A stretch of DNA of 64,000 nucleotides from Camelus ferus (lineage: Eukaryota), in NCBI RefSeq assembly GCF_009834535.1, contig NC_045697.1, forward strand, positions 92,196,001-92,260,000, given 5' to 3'. Position numbers and translations under genes: made by a program. Shown one piece after another: positions 23,500 through 37,200 of this stretch. The notes under the pieces are model-generated. The model made no database searches, was not told the origin of the DNA, and saw nothing but the letters and a program-made list of their open reading frames with translations. Numbering within the stretch: the stretch's first letter is position 1; every line of letters begins with the position of its first letter.

Positions 23500-26272
23500 G
23501 TGAGTCGATATATTTTGAAGTATCTTTCCTTGAAATACCCTTGAAGTTGTTCTTTAATCAATAGTTTCATTAGACATTTCTCCATGTGCCATCATCACAT
23601 ACACGTGTGAGTGAGAAAACCTGTTCTGTGAAGTGATACTTTAATAATTATTTTTAAATTGTGTCTGTATAGAAAGTTATATAGTTTCAATTTTGCAAGA
23701 TTTTCTTAAAGACCAATTAAAATACAAAATTAAATTTGCCTTCTATAAATGGCAATATTTCCACCTTTTAAAAACATGGATGATTTTTCTTACTATACTA
23801 AATGTACTTAGAATAACAGCCATAAAACATCCATAGTGCTTTTCTAAGTTTTATTATTCTTGCTATGTTTTTGTTATACAATTGTATATAGAAACATAAA
23901 TTAAAGCCCATTGACTCACCTTGAGTTCTTTAATAGTTTGGAAATCAATCTTAAAGCATAGATTTGATTTTTTAAGAAGAGGGGGGTTGAAAGAACAGCA
24001 TATATAAACTGAGTTATTTTAATATCTGCACTTTAGGCTTTCTGAGCCTTCTAAATGATCAGGTGCTGAAGGTTAGATCGGATGTCATTCAAAAGACAAT
24101 TTTCCTTGGGCTGGCAATAATATCAGAGACTGGCCTCAGACCTCAGAGCCATAAGTTATTATCAATCTGTCTTCAGAAGAGATGTCATTTTATAAAAATC
24201 TCTAAGGTTAAAGGAAGACATTCAAGTTGCATTAAGTATCTTTTACCTCCCTTGTTTGAGAAGTATGCAGCAAATTTTCTATTCTTATTTCTTCTGGAAA
24301 ATTCCACTATGAAATGATTATGAAACTTACTACTTCTAGAAGATTGACACGTGAACACTGATTTGACTTATACCAAGTATACTTTTTACATGCAATCAAA
24401 CTTCATTAATGAAATCTGTGTTCTAAGTATTGAACCAGGTATACTTGGGTGCTAAATTAAAGGCTTGTCAGGTTCTACTATTGAAAATAAGAACTTCTTC
24501 ATTCATCAATATACTTTCATTTACATACTCAGAGTTTTAGATGTAGCTTTGATACCATACTGAGTTATCAATTTGAAGGGTAACTGGAATTGTAGTCCTA
24601 TACAGTTGGAAGGATCCTAAGAAATTTAGTTGGTTTCTTCCTTCAGTCAGAACTACATTACCTCAAATATGTGAGAATACTTCCAAGACTATTTTCAAGA
24701 ATAACAATCCATTCTAGTGTGTAGCAACCTTGAGTCTAAGGAAATTGTTCATATAGTCGAATTTGTTACAACAAGAAACTGTTTTTTACTTATAATCTCT
24801 TACATGGAGTATAATTTTTTGAAAGCTTTTTTGATATAGTCTGAGAGTTATTAGTTTATAGACCTCAACTTGTGACTTTCCTATTTGACTAAGCAAATTC
24901 TTTTAGTTCCATTATTTTAGTCATTGGAAGATAAATATGCTTGATTTATTTGTCAAGACATATCTTAATTTTGAAATAATTTCTTGACTTCTAATCATAG
25001 TCAGATAGGTATATTGCATTTCTAGGGAAGTCATATAAATTTTTTAAATTTCCCTTTTTTTGACTTAAAGAGTTCTTTTCTAAAAGGAATAAACTTAATG
25101 CTTGTTAATACTTGTCTAAATATTTAATTTTTTTTTAGTAAACTAAGTGTACTCTAGTGCTTAGATGTTTATTTTTAAATTATCTAAATTAAGACATTTT
25201 AGGGAGCAAAAGATTTTTTGTTTGGTAAAGGTTGGATCTACATATTTCATAACTAGTAGTTTTAAATGCATAATTGCTATACAAGACTTCAGATATTTAA
25301 TAATTATTCTTACTCTGGTAAATACCCAGACTGATGATAAGATTCTTTTTCTGTAACATCTTCAACTAGATTTTATGTTCTGATCTTAGGGAGGCCAACT
25401 TGGTTTCACATGTCATCAACATGCTACGTATAGTGAAATAATTATTTACAGCTACCTAACTTTTTCATACCATCCATAACAAAATAGAAAAGAAATTAGA
25501 TAGATCAAACTAAAAAATTATTAGTATTTTTATGTGCTGTGAACTCCATTGTGGGGATTACTTAGAGCCCATGGTGTTGGCTCCTGAGTTTGTTATAATA
25601 CCCACAGTGCTCTGCTGGGAAGGGCTTTAAGCAGTTTTTTAAAACTGTTTAATTTCTTTTCTATCTAAAATAACAACTGGAGATTAGTAGGAATCGCTAG
25701 ATTCCTATTATGTCCAAAGCTTAGGAATAATTAAACACAACTGTATCCTTTGCAAGGTTGAGTGGGAAAGGTCCTCATGTACAGGCGTTTGTCTTGGAGA
25801 AACTAACTGATGCCCAGTGCACACGGGGAAGCAGCAGTGGCATGGTCAACAAGGAAGTGCTGGAAAGGAACATTTTAAGCAAGAGAGGAAAACAGCATGG
25901 TCTTGGAAACTATTTACTGTTATCTATCTGAAATGGGCATAGATTTTTAAATATATATATGAGTATAAATACCATAACATTATTGATATTCATATCTGAT
26001 TTAGATCTGCATTTCACACCTAATATTTAAATTATGATTTCATTATTACTATTTTAATTTACATTATTTTAAAAGTCATTGTACATATATTGTTAGATAT
26101 TTTTATAGCTGTCATTCTACATTTGCCAATGCATATTTTATATAGGCAAAGAGAAAACATTCTACCAAGTATAACAAAATTTCACTGTAAAATTTGAAGA
26201 AAATTTGCTAAGATTTTGCCCAGAACTAATGTCATTAATGTTTCATTGAATGTATCATGAATCTACAATTCT

Positions 26273-26574
26273 ATAGGTCCAAAATCCATTATCTACAATT
26301 CTGCAATTCAGAAGTATGAAAACCAAAAATATTTTTAAACTAATTTTTAATAGAACATTTCCCAAATGGATATCACTATTTACAGTGTTTATCTTTCTTC
26401 ATACATTTCACTGCATATATATTAAGTTTTGATTACTGTGCGGAGTGCCAACCGCTCTGTGAGAATTACACAATACACAATATTTGCATCAAATTAACCT
26501 TACAAAACTTGCTAACTTCTAAATTATGAAGCACATCTAGCCCCAAGGGTTTTAGATAAATAACTGGAACTTGT
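26273..26574. mobile_element. MER46C-like TcMar-Tigger MITE
   Basis: Degenerate terminal inverted repeats taggtccaaaatccattatcta / tagataaataactggaacttg and internal acatctagccccaagggtttt. Confidence 0.6.
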
Positions 26575-26879
26575 GTTATTTAAACCAAGGTGAGACTTTA
26601 AATCCTACTGTCTGAAGTTGCATATCTGAATGTATTTGTACACCATCAATTTGTTATTGAAGGTCATAGAGAAAAACAAAGTATTAAAGCTAGAAAGTAG
26701 TTAGAAGTTACACACTTCAGTCATGAGCCCTTGTTTTTAGCAAAAGAAACTGCTGGCCAAAAAAGTAAATTATTTTGTTTAAAATCATGCAGCCAGTACG
26801 TGAACGATAAAAAGACTGATTCCAACTCTCCATGCTATTATCACCTGTTATAAAAAAATAAAAAGTAAAAGAGGGGAAA

Positions 26880-27950
26880 AAAAGCAAAGGGGACACCTTG
26901 CTATGGCAGTGGCAGAAGAAAAATGTGGTGAGATACTGCAATTCATTTGGGGAAATGGTGCCCTGGAACAACTGAATATCCATATGGAAAAATGGACTTT
27001 GACCTCTACCTCACATCATACCCAAAAATCAATTCAAGATGAATCATGGTCCTAAGTGAAAAAAGTAAATCAACAAAGCCTTAAGAAGAAAACACAGGAG
27101 ATTGTCTTTCTTATTTTTCTATAGACACAGACTTCTTAAGTAGCATTAAAAAAGTGCTAACCATTTAAGGAAGACAAAGGATAACTTGGACTTAAAAAAA
27201 AACAAAGTTTCTTTCTATAAAATGACACAATAGAGGTAATTGTAAAATACAGAATAGAAAAAAGTCTACAAATGTTTGACAAATATATCTAGAATATATA
27301 AGGAACTACCAGAAATCAATAAGAAAGATAAATCATCATATTAAACACACACACATACACATGAATTCATTTCACAAGAAAGGGTAGCCAAAAAAAAAAT
27401 CAGCAAATGAAAAAGGGCCTCAAAATATTAATCATCAAGGTCCTGGAAATTAAGCCATAATGAGATAGCACTAAACTCACCCAAATTGTGGAATCTAAAA
27501 AGACAGATAATACCAAGTTTTATCAAGCTAGTGGAGAAACTGTACCATTGCCATATTCTGGAAGGAGTATACAAATACAATCACTTTGGAACACTGGCAA
27601 TATTTGCTAACCTTAGATATGCATGGATGAATCTCACAGATATTTTAGTGACTGAAAAAGAAAAAAAATCCAGAACAAAAGGGAATCTACGATATGATTT
27701 CAGTTATGTAAAGTTCAAGACTGGGCAAAAGTAATGAATTGTGATAAAATTTAGAATAGTGATTGCCCTGGAAGACACACAGACTGGGAAGGGACCCAGG
27801 GGAAATTTATAGGGTAATGGAAATATACTGTATCTTGGTCTGGGTGATTAAGTGGGGATGTATATGTTCAAACTTCTCCTTGAGCTGCAACTTAAAATTA
27901 GTCACTTAAAACACTATATTTATAATGTACCTAAATGAAAAGGTGGAAAA
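26880..27950 (+). mobile_element. Old L1M ORF2 3' end and 3'UTR fossil
   Basis: aaatggtgccctggaacaactgaatatccatatgg...gacctctacctcacatcatacccaaaaatcaattcaagatg...gcatggatgaatctcaca...tgtatcttg. Confidence 0.85.
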
Positions 27951-28029
27951 AAATGCAGTGGCACCTAATTAAGGTCATTTCAATTTAAAATTCTAGAACA
28001 CAATTCACAGATGAAATGTTACTTGAACT

Positions 28030-28270
28030 AAGCATTCACTCAATAACAGCATTGTGTTTCTTCTATTTGCCAGCCACTTATTAGGTATTATGAATACCTG
28101 GAAGGTAACACAGTTGTCACCCTCAAGGAGCTTAGACTGGTGGTCATGAATGGTGAATACGATGCCTGTATGTACAAGGGGAGATGATTCCACTCTGGAC
28201 AAATGGGTTGTAGTAATAAAGTACAGAAATGCGTGAATTATTTGAGAAATTAAATACAGTTCAGTTTGAT
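28030..28270 (-). mobile_element. L2 3' end fragment
   Basis: cattcactcaataa...tgccagcca...ccctcaaggagcttagactgg. Confidence 0.55.
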
Positions 28271-28829
28271 GGAATACAGGTTTCATTGAATAGTATGATA
28301 ATGCTAAATCCAAGCTTCTCTGCCTTGTATAGAAAAACATTCAATGTCTTTCTTTGTCTTTTTCTTCCTTCCTTTTGTTTTTTTTTTTCAATAAACTTGC
28401 ATTAATCCCCAACTCACAATTTATATACTCTAACGGGCTCATTATATTAGTGTGATAATTTTTTTTTTTTGTATCATCAGAAAGAGGAGATTTAACAGGA
28501 TTCTAAATTCCTAAGTAACTAACTAACCACAAACTGAAATGCAAAAGGGTATTTGGAGCTACTATCTCAAATTACATTACTTTTTTTTTTTTTCATCCTG
28601 AACTCCAATGTAAAGTTCTTATCCCTACTGAATCAGTCTGGGATGGAGAGTATGTGGGCTATGATGATTCTTTTTAACACTCTATCTTGAGTCTTTGGTC
28701 TCTTTCCCCAAGCCCATACCCTAATTCTGAACTCATGGAAAAAGAAGTGTTTTTCCTTGAGATTAGAACAAAGTTGGTACATTCATTCAACCCCAGGCCT
28801 TCCCAGAGCAGGAAAAGCCTTAGAACCAC

Positions 28830-29460
28830 AAAATAGCACAGCTTAGTGGTTGCCATTATCACTTTGAAGATGGAGAGATCTGGATTCTAAGGCCAATTCT
28901 GCATGTTTGACCTTGAGAAAGTTGTTTACTCTCCTGCCCTTCAATTTCTTCTTTTATAGCTAATAAATAATACTTATTAAGCACTTACTATATGGCAGTC
29001 ATTGTTTAGAGCACTCCATATTCATTCATTTAATGTGTAAAGCAATGGAATAAAAAGGACATTATTTTTGTCCTCGTTTTACAGATGAAAAAACAAAAGA
29101 AAAGGCAGCTTAAGTAACTTACCTAGGTCACATAACTTGTAAGTGACTTAAAGCCTGTTTTGAAACCTAGTCTGGGTCCAGAGTCCACATTTTTCATGAC
29201 CACTATGAAACACTGCTTTATGATAACTAGTACTGAGAATAACAATAGTACTTCCTCCTAGAATTATTTCAGATACATTCAGTTAACACATGTAAAGTTC
29301 ATAGAAGCGCCTAGCCTATAGTAAATACTCAGTATAGGTTAGTAATCATTATTATTTAAAATGCAAAAATAATAATACTACCATTTTCTAATGAGGATTA
29401 AATAAAATGATGAATATAAATAACTTAGAAATTTAAAATGCTCACTTTATTATTATTTTA
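28830..29460. mobile_element. Cluster of nested MIR SINEs in both orientations
   Basis: + MIR (tgaccttgagaaagttg...tcaatttcttc) interrupted by - MIR 28960-29220 (gttttacagatgaaaaaac...aagtaacttacctaggtcaca), then further + MIR 3' parts. Confidence 0.7.
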
Positions 29461-29903
29461 CTACCTATAAAGGACAGAGTGTTCAAAAACAGTTTACAAG
29501 AGGGAATCCAGACACATGTCACTTCTACTTCCTGGGCAATACAGGAGCAAGGCTCACTTCTCTTGCTTGCAGTAGTTGCAGTCAAAAGAAAACGGGGAGA
29601 ATCCAAAATGAGCCTATTATGTGAATTCAGAAGGAATTAATCTTTCACGTGCACCCGAAGCATCTAGCCCACAGTACTGTGGTTAATAGTGCCCTTGATC
29701 CATATCATTATCATTATTATTCTTGGAGTGATGGGAGGGTCAAGGGCATTAAGCACCTTCTAGTTGTTGAAGTGTATCACCAACTGGGAGAGAGAAATTA
29801 TTTTTGTAGTTTTACATGAAGAAGACACAGTGGGAGAGCATCTCATGCTACTGTCAAATCCAGTTATTCCAGCCTCAAGTATGTCTATTACTTACATTTC
29901 CAG

Positions 29904-32446
29904 TGTCGAAATAACTTTCTAGGCACAACATAGTACTGCTTCTGCTGGGGATCCACGTCAGCAAACCACAACTTATGTCCTTGCAAATGTTCCTCGTGAT
30001 CAGAGTGAAAGGATTTCAATCTAAAATGGAACCACAGGGTTTGAAAAGGAGAATCTCAGGCATGCACCCTCAGAAAAATAGGCTTTAAGAATTGAGAGAC
30101 TGATTTCACATAAATTCCTGATTTACAGAAGACTGAGAGTTATCTCCTGACCAATGAACATGTAACACGAATCCCTCCCCATCCTCAACCAACGAACTTA
30201 CAGTTTGGACTCTGGATGGACTCTCCCGTTTGCACTCCTTGCCCATCCCCAGATGACTCTTGAGTCTTCCCACCCAAAACCAGGTTGACTATATGGCCTC
30301 AATCAGATATTTTATTTTTTCTCTTTCTTATTCTTTATTCAATAAAAGTTTCTTGCCTTCTGCCCCACTCTGAAGTTCTCCAAAAGAAGAGGATTCACTT
30401 CATGAAGTGTTATATAGTTTGTTTGTATCACTTATGTTGCTTTTTCATCCTTTTTAAACAGTTTTTAGTGACCAGGAGTGAGACCCAAAGCTGAATGCTA
30501 ATGGCCTATGGGTCCAGGAGGTGCACAGGCATGGTGCCAGCTGATCCCTTTGAGTTCACTGTTTCTCTCACTGTTACTAAGGGCCAGGGGTAAGTCAGTC
30601 TTGGACTTTAGCTCTGTCCTCTAGCATGCTGCTCTTTGATCAAAACAAACTCCCCAGAAAGTGTCTGGGGCCCCAGAAGGATTCCAAGATGGTTATATTG
30701 GGAGTTTGCAGCGTGTGATAGCCACCGAGGGACTCACAAAGCCCTGAGGTAAATCCACAGCATAAACCACTGAGGGGCTTGGGAAAATAAATGAAGACAA
30801 GGAATTTGGTCTGTTTTGACTAACAGTCAAAATCTAAGTAAGCACAAGCTATACTACTAAAGCCATTAGGGTGTCCAACACTATAAATAAATATTCTCAT
30901 GAAAGGAATAATAGGTCTGTTGCTAATGGGAATCTTGAAAGCCAAAGATAAAAAATTGGTGGTCCTGGGTCAAGCACTTAAAAGCTGTTAGAACACTCAC
31001 CACCTGACTTTCAAACCCCTAACCTATGATAAGTTTGTCACAGAATGAGTTAGATTGACACTGATCATTCACCAACCTCAAGAGAATTCCCATGCAATGA
31101 GGTACACTATAAAACACCACAAAATCCCCATCCCAGGGGCACCTCCCTCTGAGGTAACAATTTGGCTCTAACAGACCCAAGGCTTAGCTAAAGAAATGGG
31201 ATCCACAGCCTTCAAAGCATTGAGGGTGTTAACCTCTGGCACAGCTACCTATTTCATGTCTAAGAACTATGGGCCCAGAAGTTGTAGATATCTGCAAAAA
31301 TGGCAAAATCTTTAATAAGACACCCAGAATTACAATGAACATCACGGAAAATGTTCCAAGTAGGCAAGACGGTTCACTTAAGAAGTGCACTTTACTGCAG
31401 GGGCTCCTAAATCAAATAAACAGAATAGGATAGCTATTTTAATTAGAATTCAGAAGCATCCAAAAGGCTTCAAAATTTAAAACAAACAAACAAACACACT
31501 TCACTGAATGATTCACTGCAAAAGGCTAATGAAAAATCAAAGACACAAGACTAAACCAGGACTATGAGACTGATAATGACTTCCTTCTATCCTCCTTTAC
31601 TTGAGTACTCAGTCTACTAATCCTTTATCTGAATTGCCTTTCTTCCCTGAAGAGACTACCAGACTGTAAACAAAAGTCGGCCAAGTTAGTGGCTTTACCC
31701 TTTCACCTCAAATGAGGGTCCCCATAGAGGCCCCTCCCAGGGCTGACAGGACCCTGAGGGATTCTCCAGTAACCTGCTATCCATTATTCCCTTAAACAGC
31801 CAAGGGAAACTAAAATTGAAATAAAAATTAATAGAAAGCCTTGCCAAGTTCTGGTATATACCAGGACTGTGCTCCATGCTCTGAACCCCTTTCTCCTGGG
31901 ATCCTAAAGATGAGATCCTGGGATAACTGGCAGAAAGGTGACATTTCTCACCAGAGTCAGTTCTCTCAGATCTCTGTGACTACCACACTGAGACCTGAAG
32001 AGGCATCGGTAACCAAGAATCATGCTAAGACCAATATTTGCTATCACATCTCTTGAATGGTCTGATCAAAAGAGGGCGCTATTGAAATAACTTTCTAGGT
32101 CCCAGACAGAGCCACACCTGCCTCGAGTACCAAGTCAGAAAACTGAAACTTAGGTAGCTTTTGTGTTCCTTTAAAAGCTTATTTTAACCAGAAGCACAGA
32201 CTATCCTGTCTGCCGGTCCCCACAATCCAAGTCTCCTCTGGATCTTCTCACCCTAAAAGTTGACCATGTAGCCTCAGCCCATGAGAAATTTTTATTTTCC
32301 TCTTCCTTGCTCTTTATTCTTTTTCCTATAAAAATTTCTTGTCTTCTGCCCATTTTGCTGTTCTCTGAAATAAGATAGTCCACTTCATGAAGTGTTAAAT
32401 AAAATTTGTTTATATCATCAAATTGTCTTCTTTAATGATTTTAACA
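29904..32446 (+). mobile_element. Non-autonomous ERV1-like provirus: 5' LTR 29904-30460, non-coding internal region, 3' LTR 32080-32446
   Basis: Both LTRs start with a tgtcgaaataactttctagg-like motif and share the 3' half (cacttcatgaagtgtta...aaca). PBS-like tagtgaccaggagtgagac follows the 5' LTR; purine tract aaaagaggg precedes the 3' LTR. Confidence 0.8.
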
Positions 32447-33289
32447 GCTGAATGAAGGAAAAAGAAATAAATTTAGTTTAATGTGAATCTACTGTATATT
32501 ATAGATATTACCTAGAACATTTAAATGATTTCACCAAGTATTATATTGTTAAATTTGAAAGAACTTCCAAGCCTGAATAGAATAAATAAAACTTTCTGTG
32601 AGGTCTAGAATCTGATAATGCCAATTGAAATAAATTAAGATGAGAGAGCAAATCAAAAGTATCTGTGGGGAAAAGTATGTTTATTGGTAGATTCTTCAAT
32701 TTATTTGGAATAGGGTCAGGCAAAATATTAACCCGTAATATGTGGGTTTTAATTTTGAGGTTTCAGATTCATTCAAAACCACAGGAATTTACAAGTAACA
32801 GAAGGAGAAAAATATATAATTCTTTTGATAATTAAAAGTTTATGAAACAGTCAAGAAAAATACATAATAGGTTTTCTAAATCAACTGAAGAAGTTTAATT
32901 CATTATACTTCCTCAGATATCGAGCAACTTGTTATAAATCTGATATGAAATCAAAGAAAAATAATAATATATTACTTTATAATCTTAATCTCCTTCTTAT
33001 ATTCCCTTTTTTTGTTAATGTTGCCACATCTGTTTAGGGAACCAGACCAGAAATAAAGAAGCACTGCCATTTCCCAAATCATAAGTATCTTGTAAAATGC
33101 CTACTTTGAAATAGGTCCTCACTAAATTAAACTTTTAAATGAATGAATTAAATAAGTAGAAGGCCATCTACATCTTCTATTGGAACTAGATAAAGACTAG
33201 AGAAGTAGACGATCATTTTTTCTAAATTGCCCTAAGAATTTGAGAATAATTGGGCCCACAAGAAAATACTTTCTTCCTTGTCTGTGCTA

Positions 33290-33500
33290 CATTCGAGCTC
33301 CCTTTTCCCGGTGAATTTGGCCCCGCAAGCTGGGGGGTGGGAGGGCGGCTTCCGAGGCGGGTAGGCGGCGGCGGCCTGAGCTCATGAGCGTGGACTCCCT
33401 CCCCCGCCGTCCCGCCTACGCAGGCGCGCCGCCACAGCTTCTGGAAACTTTCCTCTCACCTGTCCAGCGAGGACTGCGGGCGGAATTGAGGAGAATCTGC
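33290..33500. promoter_or_regulatory. Small CpG island / promoter
   Basis: Only CpG-rich, GC-rich tract in the window; several GC boxes (gggcgg, ccgcc) and an NRF1-like cgcaggcgcg at ~33419-33428. Confidence 0.85.
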
Positions 33501-33738
33501 TCTGACAGTGTGGAGGGCCAGAGCGGACAGGGACTTCTTCCCTTTTAAAAATGTCTCCGCAGAGTACTGTGATTTCAATATGACTTTAATGAAATGTTAT
33601 GAAAGACTGGGGAAAAAAATGTACTTTATTTCCATGAAGATACACCAGGCAGGAGGAGCGAGGAGGAGAAGGCGTCGACATTTCAAAGGAGCCGAAACTC
33701 AGACGGCCTGTGCGGGAAGATGCCCTGAGCCTGCGAAG
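33430..33738 (+). other. Probable first exon of an unidentified gene (start approximate)
   Basis: CpG-containing sequence downstream of the GC boxes ends at donor AAG|GTGAGA (33738/33739), after which composition drops abruptly to AT-rich intron-like DNA. Product not recognised. Confidence 0.55.
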
Positions 33739-35927
33739 GTGAGAAAGTGCATTTCTGTTCTGAGTTCCTTTCTACTTTGTACTAGAACTACCCTTAATAA
33801 ATTATATACGTTTTCAGATAACTCTTTGGAAAGCAAAATCTTAAGTCTTAACAAAGTTCATTCTGCTACAAACTCTTGTCTTTTTTTGTTTAATTAGAAG
33901 GTACTTCTGACACATTTGATCCAAAGCTCTCATTAAATACCAGCAGGAAAATCTTTAATGCCAATCATGCAGAAACTACATGGTTTTGACAAATTCTTTT
34001 TAATAATCTTGTAAACATATTAAAAGCACAGTTTCATGGCCAAGAAATGTAAATAAGGTGAACCAATTTATTCTTATATAAACACATGTCATAACAGTTA
34101 CATTAAAAATTAAACACCATTAAAATCATTTTTATTAGTAATGTCCCTTGCACATTGAAGCTAAAAGAATTATATGTATTTTTCTTTCTACCAAATGTTT
34201 ATCACTGTTCATAGATACAAAGTAGTAAGTCCCTGTGATTTAAAACTCTTAATTAAACTTTAGGATATTTTCTTCTTTTAAAGTTTAATATAAGGTGATA
34301 AAAATGTACATATATACAAAGAAAAAGGTAATTAGCTGTAATATTGAAATATAATGCATTTTATTGGCTCTTACCTAAAAAATATCATGGAATGAAATAT
34401 TTATATCAAAACAGCAACACTTTCCTCCATAATTTATTTCATCAGTTATATTTGTGGCTCAGTAATTCCAATCTTGAGACATTTTTCTAATTTATATATG
34501 TAATTTAAGGAGTTTAAAATTTGCCTAGTGCCTATGTCAATACTTGTCACTTTACGAATTGTGAGGTGATATATTTACATGGAAAGAAAGATGATGAGTC
34601 ATTATATTAAAGCCATAATTATAAACCATTAACTTAAAAGTAATAAATATAACTTACTCATTTGAAAGACTTTAAGAATCCCTAATGTATTTCAGATGGA
34701 AAGATTTTGTATAGATGGAACTCCTCTGTTCCCAGAGGTGCCTTCTATATGTGATGATTTAAGTTTCTACTCTGTATAACACCATACTATCTTTTTAATA
34801 GCACAGCAGATGAAATCTATTATTTTTAATGATTTAGATTGGCTTAGTTTAGTAGCTATTCCTTACAATTCAGATATATGCTTTGAGAATTTATTTTAAC
34901 TCTTTGTTTTAGAGCTATATTAAAATGCAAGATTACTTCCCACCAGCAGTGGAGTAAATTTTTGGTAAATAGAGATCAGGACTCAATTCTGGTTCCTTTC
35001 CTAAGAAAGGCATTTGTTGGATTTTCATTTGAGATTTAGGATAATTTTAAGTAGAGAATAACATCAAATACTGACCTATGACATGGAACTATCCACACGA
35101 ATGCCAACTTGTATATACAAACACTCCAAAACCTATATTCTGTTTCTAAGTAATTTGACTCACTGTATTCTAGCAGTTTGGAAATGCCACACAATTTTAT
35201 AAGATGGGGGAGTAGTTTAGGTGCTGATAATGTTACTTTCTCAGAGTCATTGCTTGATATGATCATGTATTTTCTATATCAAATGAATAAAAAAATAAAA
35301 TAAAAAATCAAGCTTAACCAAAAAAAGTATTACAGTATTTTTCACAGAAGTACAGGTATCCATAGAGTCAACACTAGAATTCATGTTGCTGTTTATTTTC
35401 TCAAAATAGTGGCCTCTGCAGTCAAACTCCTAATTCACTGGAGAAACAGAACTTTCGGGCAGCTTAGTTTCCCCAGGATATCGCTCTTAGCTGCCATTTG
35501 GCTTCACTGTGTCCTACATGCTAGAAGGAAGGCTTTCATGACAATTGTCCCATTATCCTATATATTGGTTTCTTGATCACTTACCAGATCTACATCAAAG
35601 ACTGGCGAAAAATTGGTGGTGACAGCTTGTCAAGAGGTATTGTGGATTGCTTTATTGAACACTATCATTCATCTTTTTAAAATTTTAAGTCATGGGGATT
35701 GATTTTATAGTATATGACATTTAGCTTTATTTGGTCCATAGTGGAGCCTAAGAGAGAGCCCTTACTTGGAAACATGTATTATTAATTTTAAAGTGGATTG
35801 TGTAAGAAAGCGGAGATAGAATTGAGCAAATCAGTAGGTATTACTAAGGGGTAAAAAAGCAAGCAAACACCACCATCAGGATGTCATACCCTGCAGTTCT
35901 GGATTATTATCAAATGCTAAAGTTTTA

Positions 35928-36345
35928 TATCAGTCAGGTTCCCAGTAGGGAATAGATTGCATTGACAAGTTGGGAATTTGAAGAGAGTTTAGTAAAAGTA
36001 ATTGCAAAGGGGTAGCAAGTTATAGCAAAATTTAAGGGGATGATGTAGTAATATGGGACACTGTTACTACTCAAACTAGAAAAGTAAGGAAAAAATGAGG
36101 TTACAGAAATGAGGAGAGAGAGCACCTTGACAAGCTCTGTGATCGTCTTCAATTGAAGCACATAGTTGTTTGGTGAAAGATCTGTGGGGATGGGTTCCAC
36201 AATTTCCTTCCTCTCTCTAAGCTTCTGCTGGCATTCTTGGCTGGGTCCAACTAGTAACCAGACAACAAGGAAGTTTGTTAAGCAAGTAGGGTTTGGAAGG
36301 TTAGGAAAGCAGAGAGGCATGGGAAAACATTGAACAAAGTCTACA
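35928..36345. mobile_element. Old ERVL-type LTR (LTR33/41-like)
   Basis: tatatcagtcaggttcccagtaggg...gagagtttagtaaa start; degenerate. Confidence 0.4.
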
Positions 36346-37019
36346 CAGTAATTTTTGATGGACTTGTTAAAATTATTTCTATATTTTTAAAGCAACTCTC
36401 ATAGTCTCCAATGCAAATATAGCGTGTCTTGATTTACAAGACAACTTAGAATATATTATTGTATTAATACCTTAAACTACCTGTGGAATAGAAAGAAGGT
36501 AATGCTGATCTCATGTTACAAATGATTAAATGGACTAGCAAAAAACATATAGGTAGGAAGTGTTAGAACTTGGATTCAAAGTCACCTTCTACTTTTAAGC
36601 CTAGTGTATTATTTTTATTAAATTTCAATTATTAAAAATATTTGAGACTATTTATTTTCTTCCCATAAAACAGTAAATGATTTTTTTTTTGACAACCATA
36701 AGCATCTGCTCTCAGTCAACTGAGTGGTATATGAAGTCAAGTAACCATTTTGGTTAAACTATTTGAACATAATTGACTATTAATCAGTTAAGCTTATGGC
36801 TTATAGACTCAGTTTTAATAGTGTTAAACTAAAAGACAAAAGCAGTCTGGAATCCAAAAGAATCTCCTTCATCTTCTTGTATAATACTAGATAATTTATT
36901 TCTGAAATTGAGTCTAACTTAGTCATTAATTATAGTTATGGTTACATTTTGAGGGAATTATTTAATTGTATATTTGTTTATTTATTCAGTTCTTCATAAT
37001 TCCTAAGTGATCTGTGTGA

Positions 37020-37200
37020 GTTAAGGCGAAATCCTTCACTGGGTTGCATTAAAAGTTTGATGGCAGAGAGATGGTTTACCATTTTGGGCTGTCCTTGGTT
37101 AAGGCTACAGTTGATATTCATCATCACAGGTGTTCTGCAGTCCCACAGTGTAAGGACTCAACGTGATCTGGTGGATAGATTCCTTAATTACAAGTAAGAG
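37020..37200 (+). mobile_element. L3/CR1 LINE fragment
   Basis: aaggcgaa...ctgggttgcattaa...ccttggttaaggctacagttga...gttctgcagtcccacagtgtaagga resembles the CR1 RT C-terminal region. Confidence 0.4.

Noticed and set aside
33508..33897. 129-aa ORF over the CpG island as a single-exon CDS
   Set aside because: Starts at GTG and runs through the splice donor at 33738 into AT-rich intron-like DNA; not recognised as a protein.
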